Positions 49,706 through 58,725 of a stretch of 64,000 nt of DNA are shown piece by piece (position 1 is the stretch's first letter; each line of letters starts with the position of its first letter). Origin of the DNA: Opitutales bacterium (GTDB lineage Bacteria; Verrucomicrobiota; Verrucomicrobiia; Opitutales; PNEW01); the NCBI GenBank assembly GCA_965219535.1, contig CBDCNV010000001.1, positions 2,007,230 through 2,071,229 of the forward strand. Reading direction: 5' to 3'. The translations under genes were made by a program, and so were the position numbers. Under the pieces are notes generated by a model, which worked only from the letters and a program-made list of their open reading frames with translations, had not been told where the DNA came from and searched no databases.

Positions 49706-49887
49706 TTAAAAAATATCCTTTCATAAGATTAAATTAACTTCATCTGTCATTTTTCGCACAGCTAATTCAAGCGTTGAATGTAAATTATTTGTTAACTTAT
49801 CCTCTATAACTAAACATCACCCAGTGCGGACTTGAACTTCTATCGCAAATATCGATATTTTAGTTAAAATCAAACAGTCGAATCATT

Positions 49888-50988
49888 TTGAATAACCTAC
49901 CTAACATTCTCGTCGTCGATGATGAACCTATCAATGTCAAATTGCTGCAACGCAAGCTTGAGAAAGAAGGGATGGGTGTGGATGTTGTTTTTGATGGTGA
50001 AGCTGCCTTAAAAAAGATAGCTAAGCGGAGGCCTGACCTCATATTACTGGATATAATGATGCCGGGTCTTGATGGTATTGAAGTCTGTAAACGATTGAAA
50101 AGTGAAGAAAAGACCCAGACCATACCAGTTATATTTATTACCGCTAAGACTTCTAAAGAAGGGAAAATCGCCGGACTCAGTGCCGGGGCAACGGATTACA
50201 TCACTAAGCCCATCGATCTCGATGAAACGATTGCTCGGATTAAGACCCAATTGCAAATTCAAGAAATTCATCGCCAAAATTTAGATCTTCAAGCACGCCT
50301 GAATGATGCTCGTCAGTCTGCGGCTATCGGCGCGATTACCCAGGGCATCGCACACAATCTAAATAACCTGCTTGGCGTGGTTGTAGGCTACCTCGATCTT
50401 ATCGAAAACTGTTCGGATGACCCGAAAATGGTAAAACGCAGTTCTGGCCTGATGAACCAGGCAGTGAAACGCATTGTTAACATTGTCCAACAATTAAGTC
50501 TTTTTGCTACAAAAAATAAAGTTCAACTCACCTTAATGCCTGTCGGGCAATTATTGATTAATAGCATTAATCGATTCAGCACCGAGAACGATATTACCTC
50601 AAAAATCAACCTCTCCAACCCGGAGCCAGAAACGAATATTAATGCGAATGCCGAGGCATTTGAAAACATCTTGGGGCTCTTGCTTATGAACGCCTGGGAG
50701 AGTTACCCACAAGGATGCACTAAAGAACGTAAAATTGATGTTCGAACAAAAATCATCCAGCGCCAGGGAGGTAAACATCTGCAAGTTAAAGTCTCTGACC
50801 ATGGGGAAGGTATTGATCCAAAGATCGCAGATCATGTATTTGAACCTTTTATAACGTCAAAAACTTCAGTCGGTCGCGGTATGGGGCTGACTATCGCGCG
50901 CCATAGCATACGCAGTCTTGGTGGTGATATCACGCTCGCAAAAAATCCCCGCGGGGGTACTTTTGTGACTTTCAATCACCCGTTATAA
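49888..50988 (+). CDS. hybrid signalling protein: N-terminal receiver (REC) domain + histidine kinase (HisKA-like + HATPase)
   Basis: The REC domain has ILVVDDEP...LILLDIMMPGLDG...ITKP. The H-box is GIAHNLNNLLGVV, and the HATPase has DHGEGI and GRGMGLTIAR. No TM segment is present. The start is TTG. Confidence 0.85.
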   Translation: MNNLPNILVVDDEPINVKLLQRKLEKEGMGVDVVFDGEAALKKIAKRRPDLILLDIMMPGLDGIEVCKRLKSEEKTQTIPVIFITAKTSKEGKIAGLSAGATDYITKPIDLDETIARIKTQLQIQEIHRQNLDLQARLNDARQSAAIGAITQGIAHNLNNLLGVVVGYLDLIENCSDDPKMVKRSSGLMNQAVKRIVNIVQQLSLFATKNKVQLTLMPVGQLLINSINRFSTENDITSKINLSNPEPETNINANAEAFENILGLLLMNAWESYPQGCTKERKIDVRTKIIQRQGGKHLQVKVSDHGEGIDPKIADHVFEPFITSKTSVGRGMGLTIARHSIRSLGGDITLAKNPRGGTFVTFNHPL

Positions 50989-51183
50989 GAGAAGATACCA
51001 GGATAGTACGAGTCGGGTAAATGCCAGGGGCCGGGTAAATAGAAGTGCCAATTTGGACACTCCCCTCTTTCCTTACCTGATTGAAATTATGCCAGTTCTC
51101 AACTGGTGCTCAACGCTCTGGCAATTCACCTTTTTTTAATCCACTTGACCCCATAAGCACTTATCCACTTACCTACATATCCC

Positions 51184-51987
51184 ATGATTAAAGTGGCATT
51201 TCTTGGCGCTGGTAGAATGGCTTCCGCAATAATAAATAGTTTGCTTACGAGTAAACTATACCGCCCCAATGAACTCATATGTACAAGCGCGGAGGATGGG
51301 ACAGGTGAATCCCTCTCAGCGCAATCTGGAATTTTGTATACAGATAATCTTGAAACTTTATTTACTGAAGCTGAGACACTCGTGCTTGCTTTTAAACCTC
51401 AGCAATTACGTGATATCAGCTCAGTTCACGCTAGCCTTAGCGCAGGTAAACTTATTATCTCTATACTGGCGGGTATTACGATTGAAAAACTTGAGAGCAA
51501 ATTTCCTCAAACTAACAGAATAGTCAGATCCATGCCCAACACACCCGGTCAGATCGGTGCAGGCATCACTTGTTTTGCTTCGAGAGAGAAAATAAACGAT
51601 GATGATGTGGCGACCGTAGAAAGAATTCTTGGCGCATTGGGGCCCGCCATACTTGTTTCAGAAGAGTGCATGGATGCTGTAACTGCGGTGAGCGGAAGCG
51701 GCCCTGCTTATCTATTTGAGTTTGTCGCTGCCCTGCGTGATGGTGGTGTTAAAGCTGGGTTAGATGCGGATCTCGCATACAAACTCGCGCTGGAGACTGC
51801 TCTTGGAGCTTCACGCCTGCTCGCTCGCACAAATGAATCGCCCGAAATATTGCGCGACCTTGTTAGTTCTCCTGGGGGAACAACTCTCGCGGGTCTCGAA
51901 GTTATGAAAAATAGAAACTTTCGTGAAATCATGGCAGACACTGTGCTCGCCGCCAAGAAACGGTCTATCGAACTGGCGAAAGAATAA
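51184..51987 (+). CDS. proC: pyrroline-5-carboxylate reductase
   Basis: It has the Rossmann motif VAFLGAGRMASAI, then SMPNTP, and the C-terminal SPGGTT dimerisation domain. Confidence 0.93.
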   Translation: MIKVAFLGAGRMASAIINSLLTSKLYRPNELICTSAEDGTGESLSAQSGILYTDNLETLFTEAETLVLAFKPQQLRDISSVHASLSAGKLIISILAGITIEKLESKFPQTNRIVRSMPNTPGQIGAGITCFASREKINDDDVATVERILGALGPAILVSEECMDAVTAVSGSGPAYLFEFVAALRDGGVKAGLDADLAYKLALETALGASRLLARTNESPEILRDLVSSPGGTTLAGLEVMKNRNFREIMADTVLAAKKRSIELAKE

Positions 51988-52103
51988 TTTTTAAGTGCTT
52001 AGAGTATGCTCATCTGGATTGATTGAGAGACTTATTACCTATCTTCATTTTCCCGCAAAATCTATCTCCCTAGATAAATTTTTTATAAGCAATTATATCT
52101 TTG

Positions 52104-53102
52104 ATGGCTAAATTCGTGAAAGGGAAGATCGTTGTTACAGGTGGAGCGGGATTTATCGGCAGTGCACTCGTTTGGGCATTAAATGAGCAGGGGATAAATG
52201 ATATCATTGTCGTGGATTATAAAGACAAAGATGAAAAATTAAAGAATCTTGAACCACTCGCTTATGATGATTTCCAGGAAGCAGACTCTTTTATAGATAA
52301 AATCCATAGCTCACCCAATTTATTTAAAGAGATTCGAACAATATTTCATCTGGGAGCTTGCTCGAGTACAACAGAACGCAATGTCGGTTACCTGATCGAT
52401 AATAATTATATCTATACTAAACGTCTCGCGCATTGGGCGTTGGATAGAGATATTCGTTTTATCTATGCCTCATCCGCGGCTACATATGGTGATGGTTCTC
52501 ATGGTCTGAGTGACAAATCCACTCAACTTAGTCAACTGCGACCGCTCAACTTATATGGATATTCAAAGCACCTGTTTGATATTTACGCCCAACATAAAGG
52601 GTTACTGGACAAAATCGTTGGATTAAAATATTTCAATGTTTTTGGTCCGAACGAAAATCACAAGGGTGATATGCGTAGTGTCGTCAACAAAGCGTTTCAC
52701 CAAATAAGTAAATCCCGTAAAGTGAAACTTTTTAAAAGTTATCGCCCGGAATATAAAGACGGCGAACAAAAACGCGATTTTCTCTACGTTAAAGATGCGG
52801 TAGCTATGACTTTATTTCTCGCTGAAGAAAAAGATAAAGCCGGAATATTTAACATCGGTAGCGGAACTGCAATTACCTGGAAAAATCTTGTTTCTCCAAT
52901 TTTCCAGGCAATGAACTTTGAAGAGGAAATTGAATTTATCGAAATGCCTGAACATTTACGTTCTAAGTATCAATATTTCACCCAAGCGGATATATCACGT
53001 TTACAGGAAAATGGATACAATACCTCGATAACCGAAATCTCCTCGGCAGTTGAAGATTATATAATAAATTATCTAATCCCTAATAAACACCTGGGGGAAT
53101 AA
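52104..53102 (+). CDS. hldD: ADP-L-glycero-D-manno-heptose 6-epimerase
   Basis: Motifs VTGGAGFIGS, HLGACSSTTE, ASSAATYG, YGYSK and KRDFLYV are present. From memory, the protein is collinear with E. coli HldD. A TTG start at 52101 is also possible. Confidence 0.9.
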   Translation: MAKFVKGKIVVTGGAGFIGSALVWALNEQGINDIIVVDYKDKDEKLKNLEPLAYDDFQEADSFIDKIHSSPNLFKEIRTIFHLGACSSTTERNVGYLIDNNYIYTKRLAHWALDRDIRFIYASSAATYGDGSHGLSDKSTQLSQLRPLNLYGYSKHLFDIYAQHKGLLDKIVGLKYFNVFGPNENHKGDMRSVVNKAFHQISKSRKVKLFKSYRPEYKDGEQKRDFLYVKDAVAMTLFLAEEKDKAGIFNIGSGTAITWKNLVSPIFQAMNFEEEIEFIEMPEHLRSKYQYFTQADISRLQENGYNTSITEISSAVEDYIINYLIPNKHLGE

Positions 53103-53441
53103 TAGCTGAACGAGAAGATCGATAAAATGAGGAATAGCTAAAGATTTTATTTATACGCAGCCCTCTAGCTTTAATTTACTTAAGACAGAAGCTGCAGCCG
53201 CCACCTCGCTGTGGGCCAAGTATTCGCAATCGAGAGAGCTGGCACACACGCATATTCAATTATAATCTATTTTGCTAGAAACTATTAAGTTTCCTAAACG
53301 CAGGTTAGAGATGATTAGATACGCTAGTACGCACAGCCTTAAGGTCATATAACTTATTCTATATCCCTAATCAGTTTAGTGCTTACTTACTTTTAAGCTT
53401 CTCACCGTGCATTTGATTCATTTTACTTCACGCCAATTAGG

Positions 53442-54245
53442 ATGACATCGACAGAAGTTACTCTCAAAAAATCCTCCTTTGGTCAGACCATGCGCCCAGA
53501 TTCCTGGTGGGTGCAACCATTGCTGATTTTTATTGGCCTATTTACTTTTATTGTTTACGCGACATGGGCTGCTTTTCAAGGTGAGCATTATAGCTCAGGG
53601 CCCTATTTATCCCCGTTTTATTCCCCTGAGCTTTTAGGCGATTCTCCTCACAGCTGGTTTGGCCCTAAACCGACCTGGTGGCCAGACTGGTTACCGTGGT
53701 CACCCGCTTTTCTTATTCTTTGGGCACCCGCCGGGTTTCGTCTTACCTGCTACTATTACCGGGGCGCTTACTATAAAGCGTTCTGGGCAGACCCCCCCGC
53801 CTGCACGGTCGGAGAACCGCGAAACGCCTACCGAGGTGAAAACTCTTTTCCCCTTATCTTCCAGAATGTTCATCGTTATTTTCTCTATCTCGCTCTCTTT
53901 TTTATTATCTTCCTTTCGTATGACGTATGGAACGCAATGTGGTTTAGGGATCCCGGGAGTGATGAAGCTTCATTTGGAGTTGGTACAGGGACTCTGGTAC
54001 TTGCAGTAAACGTTTTCCTTCTCGGGGGCTATACTTTAGGTTGTCACTCTTTGCGACATCTAGTCGGTGGATTTCTCGATCAGCTATCAAAATCTCCCGT
54101 GCGTCAACGGGCATATGGCTGCGTCAGCTGTTTAAATAAAAACCATATGAGGTGGGCATGGTTGAGCTTAATTTGGGTTTTATTTTCTGACATATATGTC
54201 CGGTTGTGCTCGATGGGAATCTGGACGGATTGGAGGATCTTCTAA
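53442..54245 (+). CDS. sdhC: succinate:quinone oxidoreductase single membrane-anchor subunit (mycobacterial Sdh1 SdhC-like)
   Basis: It is a 267-aa Trp/Tyr-rich polytopic protein directly upstream of sdhA (TAATG overlap). It contains the Cys/His cluster LGCHSLRH ... GCVSCLNKNH. Confidence 0.75.
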   Translation: MTSTEVTLKKSSFGQTMRPDSWWVQPLLIFIGLFTFIVYATWAAFQGEHYSSGPYLSPFYSPELLGDSPHSWFGPKPTWWPDWLPWSPAFLILWAPAGFRLTCYYYRGAYYKAFWADPPACTVGEPRNAYRGENSFPLIFQNVHRYFLYLALFFIIFLSYDVWNAMWFRDPGSDEASFGVGTGTLVLAVNVFLLGGYTLGCHSLRHLVGGFLDQLSKSPVRQRAYGCVSCLNKNHMRWAWLSLIWVLFSDIYVRLCSMGIWTDWRIF

Positions 54246-56068
54246 TGGGCGAATACCAGACTTACGAACACGATGTCTTAGTTATTGGATCGGGTGGCGC
54301 TGGACTCCGCGCGGCGATCGAAGCATCCATCCATGGTGTCTCTGTGGGCTTAGTTTGTAAATCAATGCTCGGAAAAGCTCACACCGTTATGGCTGAAGGT
54401 GGCATTGCCGCGGCCTTGGGAAACGTCGATGACCGTGACAATTGGAAAGTCCATTTCTCCGATACGATGCGTGGTGGTCAGTATATCAATAATTGGCGCT
54501 TGGCAGAGTTACATGCCAAGGAGTCACCCGAACGTGTTCGCGAACTAGAGGCATGGGGTGCGGCTTTTGACCGCACAAAGGATGGACGCATCCTGCAAAG
54601 GAATTTCGGTGGACATAAATATCCACGCCTCGCTCACGTCGGTGATCGTACCGGCCTCGAAATGATTCGTACCCTCCAGGATCACGGAATTCACCAGGGG
54701 ATGGAAGTCTATATGGAATACACCGTCACACATTTACTTAAAGACGGAGATCGTGTAATCGGCGCAGTTGCCTATACCCGTGACCGCGGCCGTTTCGTCG
54801 TCTTCAAGGCAAAAGCGGTCATCATGGCTAGCGGCGGTGTTGGTAAAGCATACAAAATTACGAGTAACAGTTGGGATTGTACCGGAGACGGGCACGCGCT
54901 TGCTTATCAAGCCGGCGCTCAATTAATGGATATGGAATTTGTTCAATTTCATCCCACAGGAATGGTTTGGCCACCGAGCGTGAAAGGAATCCTCGTCACT
55001 GAAGGCGTACGCGGCGAAGGAGGTATTTTACTTAATAGTGAAGGCCGTCGCTTCATGTTTGATGACATTCCTGAAAATTATAAATCACAGACCGCCGACA
55101 GTCCAGAAGAAGGGTGGCGCTACACCCAGGGGGATAAATCAGCGCGACGACCCCCTGAGCTGCTCACACGCGACCACACAGCGCGTTGTATTGTGAATGA
55201 GATCAAAGAGGGAAGAGGAAGTCCCCATGGTGGCGTGTTCCTTGACATCTCCTGGATTAAAGAAAAGCTACCCGACGCTGTTGGGCATATAAAAAGAAAA
55301 CTGCCCAGCATGTACCATCAATTTAAACAACTGGCTGACATCGACATCACCCAAGAGCAAATGGAAGTGGGACCTACTACTCACTATGTGATGGGGGGGA
55401 TTCGTGTCGATGCTGATACTCAAATGTCTACCCTTCCCGGCCTCTTTGCTTGTGGAGAATGTGCCGCGGGAATCAACGGCGCCAACCGACTTGGCGGCAA
55501 TTCTCTTTCCGATCTATTGGTCCTTGGAAAACGTGCTGGCGAATACGCAGCAAACTTCGCTAATGAAAATGGCCCAAGTGAAATAAACTCGGATCATGTT
55601 GATACCGTGACGAAAGATGCGCTTAAACCATTTGACCGGGCCCATGGCTCAACCGCGACTGAAGGCCCCTATCAAATTCAGAATGACCTCCAGGAATTAA
55701 TGCAGAATCTTGTTGGTATTGTGCGCAATGAAGACGAGATGCGAAAGGCTCTGGTAGGGATCAATGAACTATGGGAGCGCTTTAGTAATGTCAGCGTTGA
55801 AGGTAATCGTGAGTTCAACCCTGGCTGGCACACAGCTCTCGACCTGTCAAATTTACTCACCGTGTCTGAAGCGATTACGCTGTCTGCACTCGAACGAAAA
55901 GAGAGTCGAGGCGCACATTTCCGGGAAGATTACCCACAAAAAGAAGACGCTTTCGGGAATATCAACATCTTTATTCAAAAAGACAGTAATGCTAACATGC
56001 AGGTGAAATCTGATCCCATTCCCCCAATGCCCGATGAACTTAATAAAATAATTGAGGAAATGAAGTAA
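54245..56068 (+). CDS. sdhA: succinate dehydrogenase/fumarate reductase flavoprotein subunit
   Basis: It has the FAD motif VLVIGSGGAGLRAA, the covalent-FAD His context KAHTVMAEGG, HPTG, and RLGGNSL. The start is at the ATG overlapping the sdhC stop. The 13-codon upstream extension was rejected. Confidence 0.95.
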   Translation: MGEYQTYEHDVLVIGSGGAGLRAAIEASIHGVSVGLVCKSMLGKAHTVMAEGGIAAALGNVDDRDNWKVHFSDTMRGGQYINNWRLAELHAKESPERVRELEAWGAAFDRTKDGRILQRNFGGHKYPRLAHVGDRTGLEMIRTLQDHGIHQGMEVYMEYTVTHLLKDGDRVIGAVAYTRDRGRFVVFKAKAVIMASGGVGKAYKITSNSWDCTGDGHALAYQAGAQLMDMEFVQFHPTGMVWPPSVKGILVTEGVRGEGGILLNSEGRRFMFDDIPENYKSQTADSPEEGWRYTQGDKSARRPPELLTRDHTARCIVNEIKEGRGSPHGGVFLDISWIKEKLPDAVGHIKRKLPSMYHQFKQLADIDITQEQMEVGPTTHYVMGGIRVDADTQMSTLPGLFACGECAAGINGANRLGGNSLSDLLVLGKRAGEYAANFANENGPSEINSDHVDTVTKDALKPFDRAHGSTATEGPYQIQNDLQELMQNLVGIVRNEDEMRKALVGINELWERFSNVSVEGNREFNPGWHTALDLSNLLTVSEAITLSALERKESRGAHFREDYPQKEDAFGNINIFIQKDSNANMQVKSDPIPPMPDELNKIIEEMK

Positions 56069-56811
56069 TGGCAAAAGCAACATTCAGCATCTGGCGAGGC
56101 AATGCATCCGGTGGTCGATTTGTCGATTACGAGACAGAAGTATCAGCGGGCATGGTAGTTCTCGATGCCATTCACCAAATTCAGGCTGAAAAAGCTAATG
56201 ATCTCGCCTGTCGCTGGAACTGCAAGGCAGGTAAATGTGGGTCTTGCTCAGCTGAAGTTAATGGTATGCCAAAGTTAATGTGCATGACTCGTCTCAACGA
56301 TCTGCCTCTGGAAAAGCCAGTGACGGTTGAACCCATGAAGTCATTCCCGTTAATTAAAGACCTGACAACGGACGTATCATGGAATTATCGGGTGAAGAAA
56401 AAGATAAAAAAATTCAAACCTCGCCCCCCCGACGAAGCTGACGGTTCCTGGCGTATTGCCCAAGAAGACATTGACCGCGTTCAAGAATTCCGTAAATGTA
56501 TCGAATGCTTTCTTTGCCAGGACGTTTGCCATGTACTGCGCGAGCATACATTACACGATGAATTTATCGGCCCTCGAGCTCTTGTCTATGTAGCCGCTTT
56601 GGAAATGCATCCCCTCGACACCGAAAACAGAAATGAAGAATTAAAAAAGGCTCACGGAATCGGTTACTGTAATATTACTAAATGCTGCACCAATGTCTGC
56701 CCTGAAGAAATTACAATCACGGATAATGCAATCATCCCTCTTAAGGAACGTGTCGTAGATGAATTATACGATCCAGTCACTCGATTCATAAGATTATTCA
56801 GTTCTCAATAA
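56068..56811 (+). CDS. sdhB: succinate dehydrogenase/fumarate reductase iron-sulfur subunit
   Basis: The 2Fe-2S ligands are CRWNCKAGKCGSC...C, the 4Fe-4S ligands are CIECFLCQDVC, and the 3Fe-4S ligands are in CNITKCCTNVCP. It overlaps the sdhA stop as TAATG. Confidence 0.95.
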   Translation: MAKATFSIWRGNASGGRFVDYETEVSAGMVVLDAIHQIQAEKANDLACRWNCKAGKCGSCSAEVNGMPKLMCMTRLNDLPLEKPVTVEPMKSFPLIKDLTTDVSWNYRVKKKIKKFKPRPPDEADGSWRIAQEDIDRVQEFRKCIECFLCQDVCHVLREHTLHDEFIGPRALVYVAALEMHPLDTENRNEELKKAHGIGYCNITKCCTNVCPEEITITDNAIIPLKERVVDELYDPVTRFIRLFSSQ

Positions 56812-56832
56812 TCCCAAAAAAACGGAAATGTA

Positions 56833-57336
56833 ATGTCGGATTTTGAACTAAAACCATTACATAAAGATTCCATTCCCGCCGCACTAGATAAGGTCACGCG
56901 TTATCGTCTCCTCAATGAATCGTTTGCAGCTGAAAGTATCTGTCTCGATGTATTAGAAATTGATCCCGATAATCAACATGCATGGGTTCTATTACTCTTG
57001 GCTATGACTGACCAGTTTCTCGAAGGATATAATGTCAGCAATAAAAAGATCCAGGAAGTTCTAACCCGAATAAGCAATGATTACGAACGAACCTATTACT
57101 CAGGTATCGCTCGTGAAAAACGTGCAAAAGCACAATTGAATAAAAGCTCGCCTGGCGCAAACTTTGTTGCCTATGAATTATTTCGTGATGCGATGGAATG
57201 CTATGATCGAGCAATCCCCATCCGTCCAGAGGGTAATGATGATGCGGTTCTTCGGTGGAATACCTGTGCCCGTATCATTATGCGTCACAAGCTTCTGGCC
57301 AAAGAGGAAGATAAAACTATAAACCTTTTAGAATAA
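56833..57336 (+). CDS. hypothetical soluble helical protein, apparently co-transcribed with sdhCAB
   Basis: It is a 167-aa ORF starting 21 nt after sdhB and is followed by a strong terminator. It looks helical and TPR-like, but I recognise no family. Confidence 0.65.
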   Translation: MSDFELKPLHKDSIPAALDKVTRYRLLNESFAAESICLDVLEIDPDNQHAWVLLLLAMTDQFLEGYNVSNKKIQEVLTRISNDYERTYYSGIAREKRAKAQLNKSSPGANFVAYELFRDAMECYDRAIPIRPEGNDDAVLRWNTCARIIMRHKLLAKEEDKTINLLE

Positions 57337-57379
57337 AGCGCTTGAGAAATTTAATAGCGTGGCGGAAAAATGTTTATAC

Positions 57380-57411
57380 TACTCATTCGAGTAAAAATGA
57401 ATGAGTATTTT
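57380..57411 (+). terminator. rho-independent terminator closing the sdh operon
   Basis: It has a perfect 9-bp stem, TACTCATTC / GAATGAGTA, with a 10-nt loop, followed by TTTT. Confidence 0.65.
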
Positions 57412-57540
57412 GGGGACGCATTCTAGAACCATCCACCTTTGTCATTTAGCATATCGACGGGCAATGAAAGACTCTTCATGTGTCGTTATCCCTTAATTCT
57501 TATTGTTCAACGAACATTGTCAGGGTTTTGATTTTTCCCC

Positions 57541-57849
57541 TTACTTCAATAAAAACGCCTTATACTGTGCAGGGCGTCGCTGAAACTTTTCATCTGCGGT
57601 TTTAATAAATATTTCCATTTGATCATTTATCTCCGCGACATATTTTTTAACTTCTGACTCATTACCTTCAACCTCGAGTAATACACGACCGTCAGCAAGA
57701 TTTTCCACATACCCGCAAACTTCGAATTCCCGTGCAATTTTCATGCATTCGTATCTAAAACCTACACCCTGTACTTTTCCTGAAAAATAAACACGACAAT
57801 GAAAAATATCCATATCCATTGGTGCAAAGAGAGTTACCTGTTTATTCAC
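57541..57849 (-). CDS. acyP: acylphosphatase
   Basis: It has the signature VYFSGKVQGVGFRY plus GYVENLADGRV. An alternative start at Met11 (57819) would give the usual length of about 92 aa. Confidence 0.85.
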   Translation of the reverse strand: MNKQVTLFAPMDMDIFHCRVYFSGKVQGVGFRYECMKIAREFEVCGYVENLADGRVLLEVEGNESEVKKYVAEINDQMEIFIKTADEKFQRRPAQYKAFLLK

Positions 57850-57901
57850 AAAATGCTATACAATTTTCACTTGACGCACTAGACCCTTTTTCATGCCATA
57901 A

Positions 57902-58708
57902 ATGCCGAAAAGAGGACAAGTGTTCGCACTTGAACGAGATTACATTTCATACATATTAACCAAGGTTCATAGAACCGATCCCAGAAGTCTTATGAGCAAC
58001 TATGATTTCGATAATTACTCGGATGGTGAATGGGAAGATCGCGGGGAAACCGCTTGGAACGAATTCGATTGGCAGCATTACCTTCAGCAAAATGAACGTG
58101 ATATCGATAAATTTCGTTCCTTTTATGAAAGAGTTAAAAACGAAGCAAACCCGGTAAATGAAGCTGCATTTTTAATGGGTTGGGACCATGAGGATTGGTC
58201 ACATCTCGATCTTGCTTTTGAAGATTTCAACAGTAGCGGCACCGGTGAAATCAGCGAGAGACTCCATGAGGATGAGGAATCTGATTATGATGATCTGGAT
58301 CCTTATACCCTGCATAGACATCCTGTTTTTGTCGTAACGAGAGGCCTCTATCTCGATCTTAAGAAATGTTGGGAGCTGTTTATGAAACGCTGTCCGCGGG
58401 CCATAACTCCCATTATTGCCTGGCAATACGGCAATAGTATCCATCGTGGTGAAATGAATGCTATCCTCTCTATTCAGGCAATTGATATGGGAGATTACGC
58501 GCTTGCTGTGTGTCACCTCAAAACGGCTTTGAGCGACCTTAATCAGTCAATCAGCATCCTGCAAGCGCTGCCAAATAAAAATTCGGGCGTCATACCACAA
58601 TTAAAAAAGGTATCCATGAAACGTCTTTTTGATTTGCGCGAAGTATGGCTCCGCATGATGGGAGATTGCCGTGATGAATTACAACGTCGTTATCAGGACG
58701 GAGAATAG
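57902..58708 (+). CDS. hypothetical protein (acidic, Trp-rich N-terminal half and helical C-terminal half)
   Basis: It is a 268-aa ORF ending 17 nt before the next gene. I recognise no motifs. An alternative start at Met31 (57992) is possible. Confidence 0.65.
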   Translation: MPKRGQVFALERDYISYILTKVHRTDPRSLMSNYDFDNYSDGEWEDRGETAWNEFDWQHYLQQNERDIDKFRSFYERVKNEANPVNEAAFLMGWDHEDWSHLDLAFEDFNSSGTGEISERLHEDEESDYDDLDPYTLHRHPVFVVTRGLYLDLKKCWELFMKRCPRAITPIIAWQYGNSIHRGEMNAILSIQAIDMGDYALAVCHLKTALSDLNQSISILQALPNKNSGVIPQLKKVSMKRLFDLREVWLRMMGDCRDELQRRYQDGE

Positions 58709-58725
58709 AAAGAGCGATAGAACTC

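Noticed and set aside
53103-53441. A 339-bp non-coding gap lies upstream of sdhC. The gaps at 8922..9338, 18361..18767 and 62037..62352 were also examined. All were screened for tRNA, sRNA or riboswitch signatures.
   Set aside because: I found no tRNA T-arm or anticodon architecture and no recognisable riboswitch cores. There are only short AT-rich hairpins. They most likely hold promoters and operators, and I cannot support a specific RNA gene without covariance-model searches.
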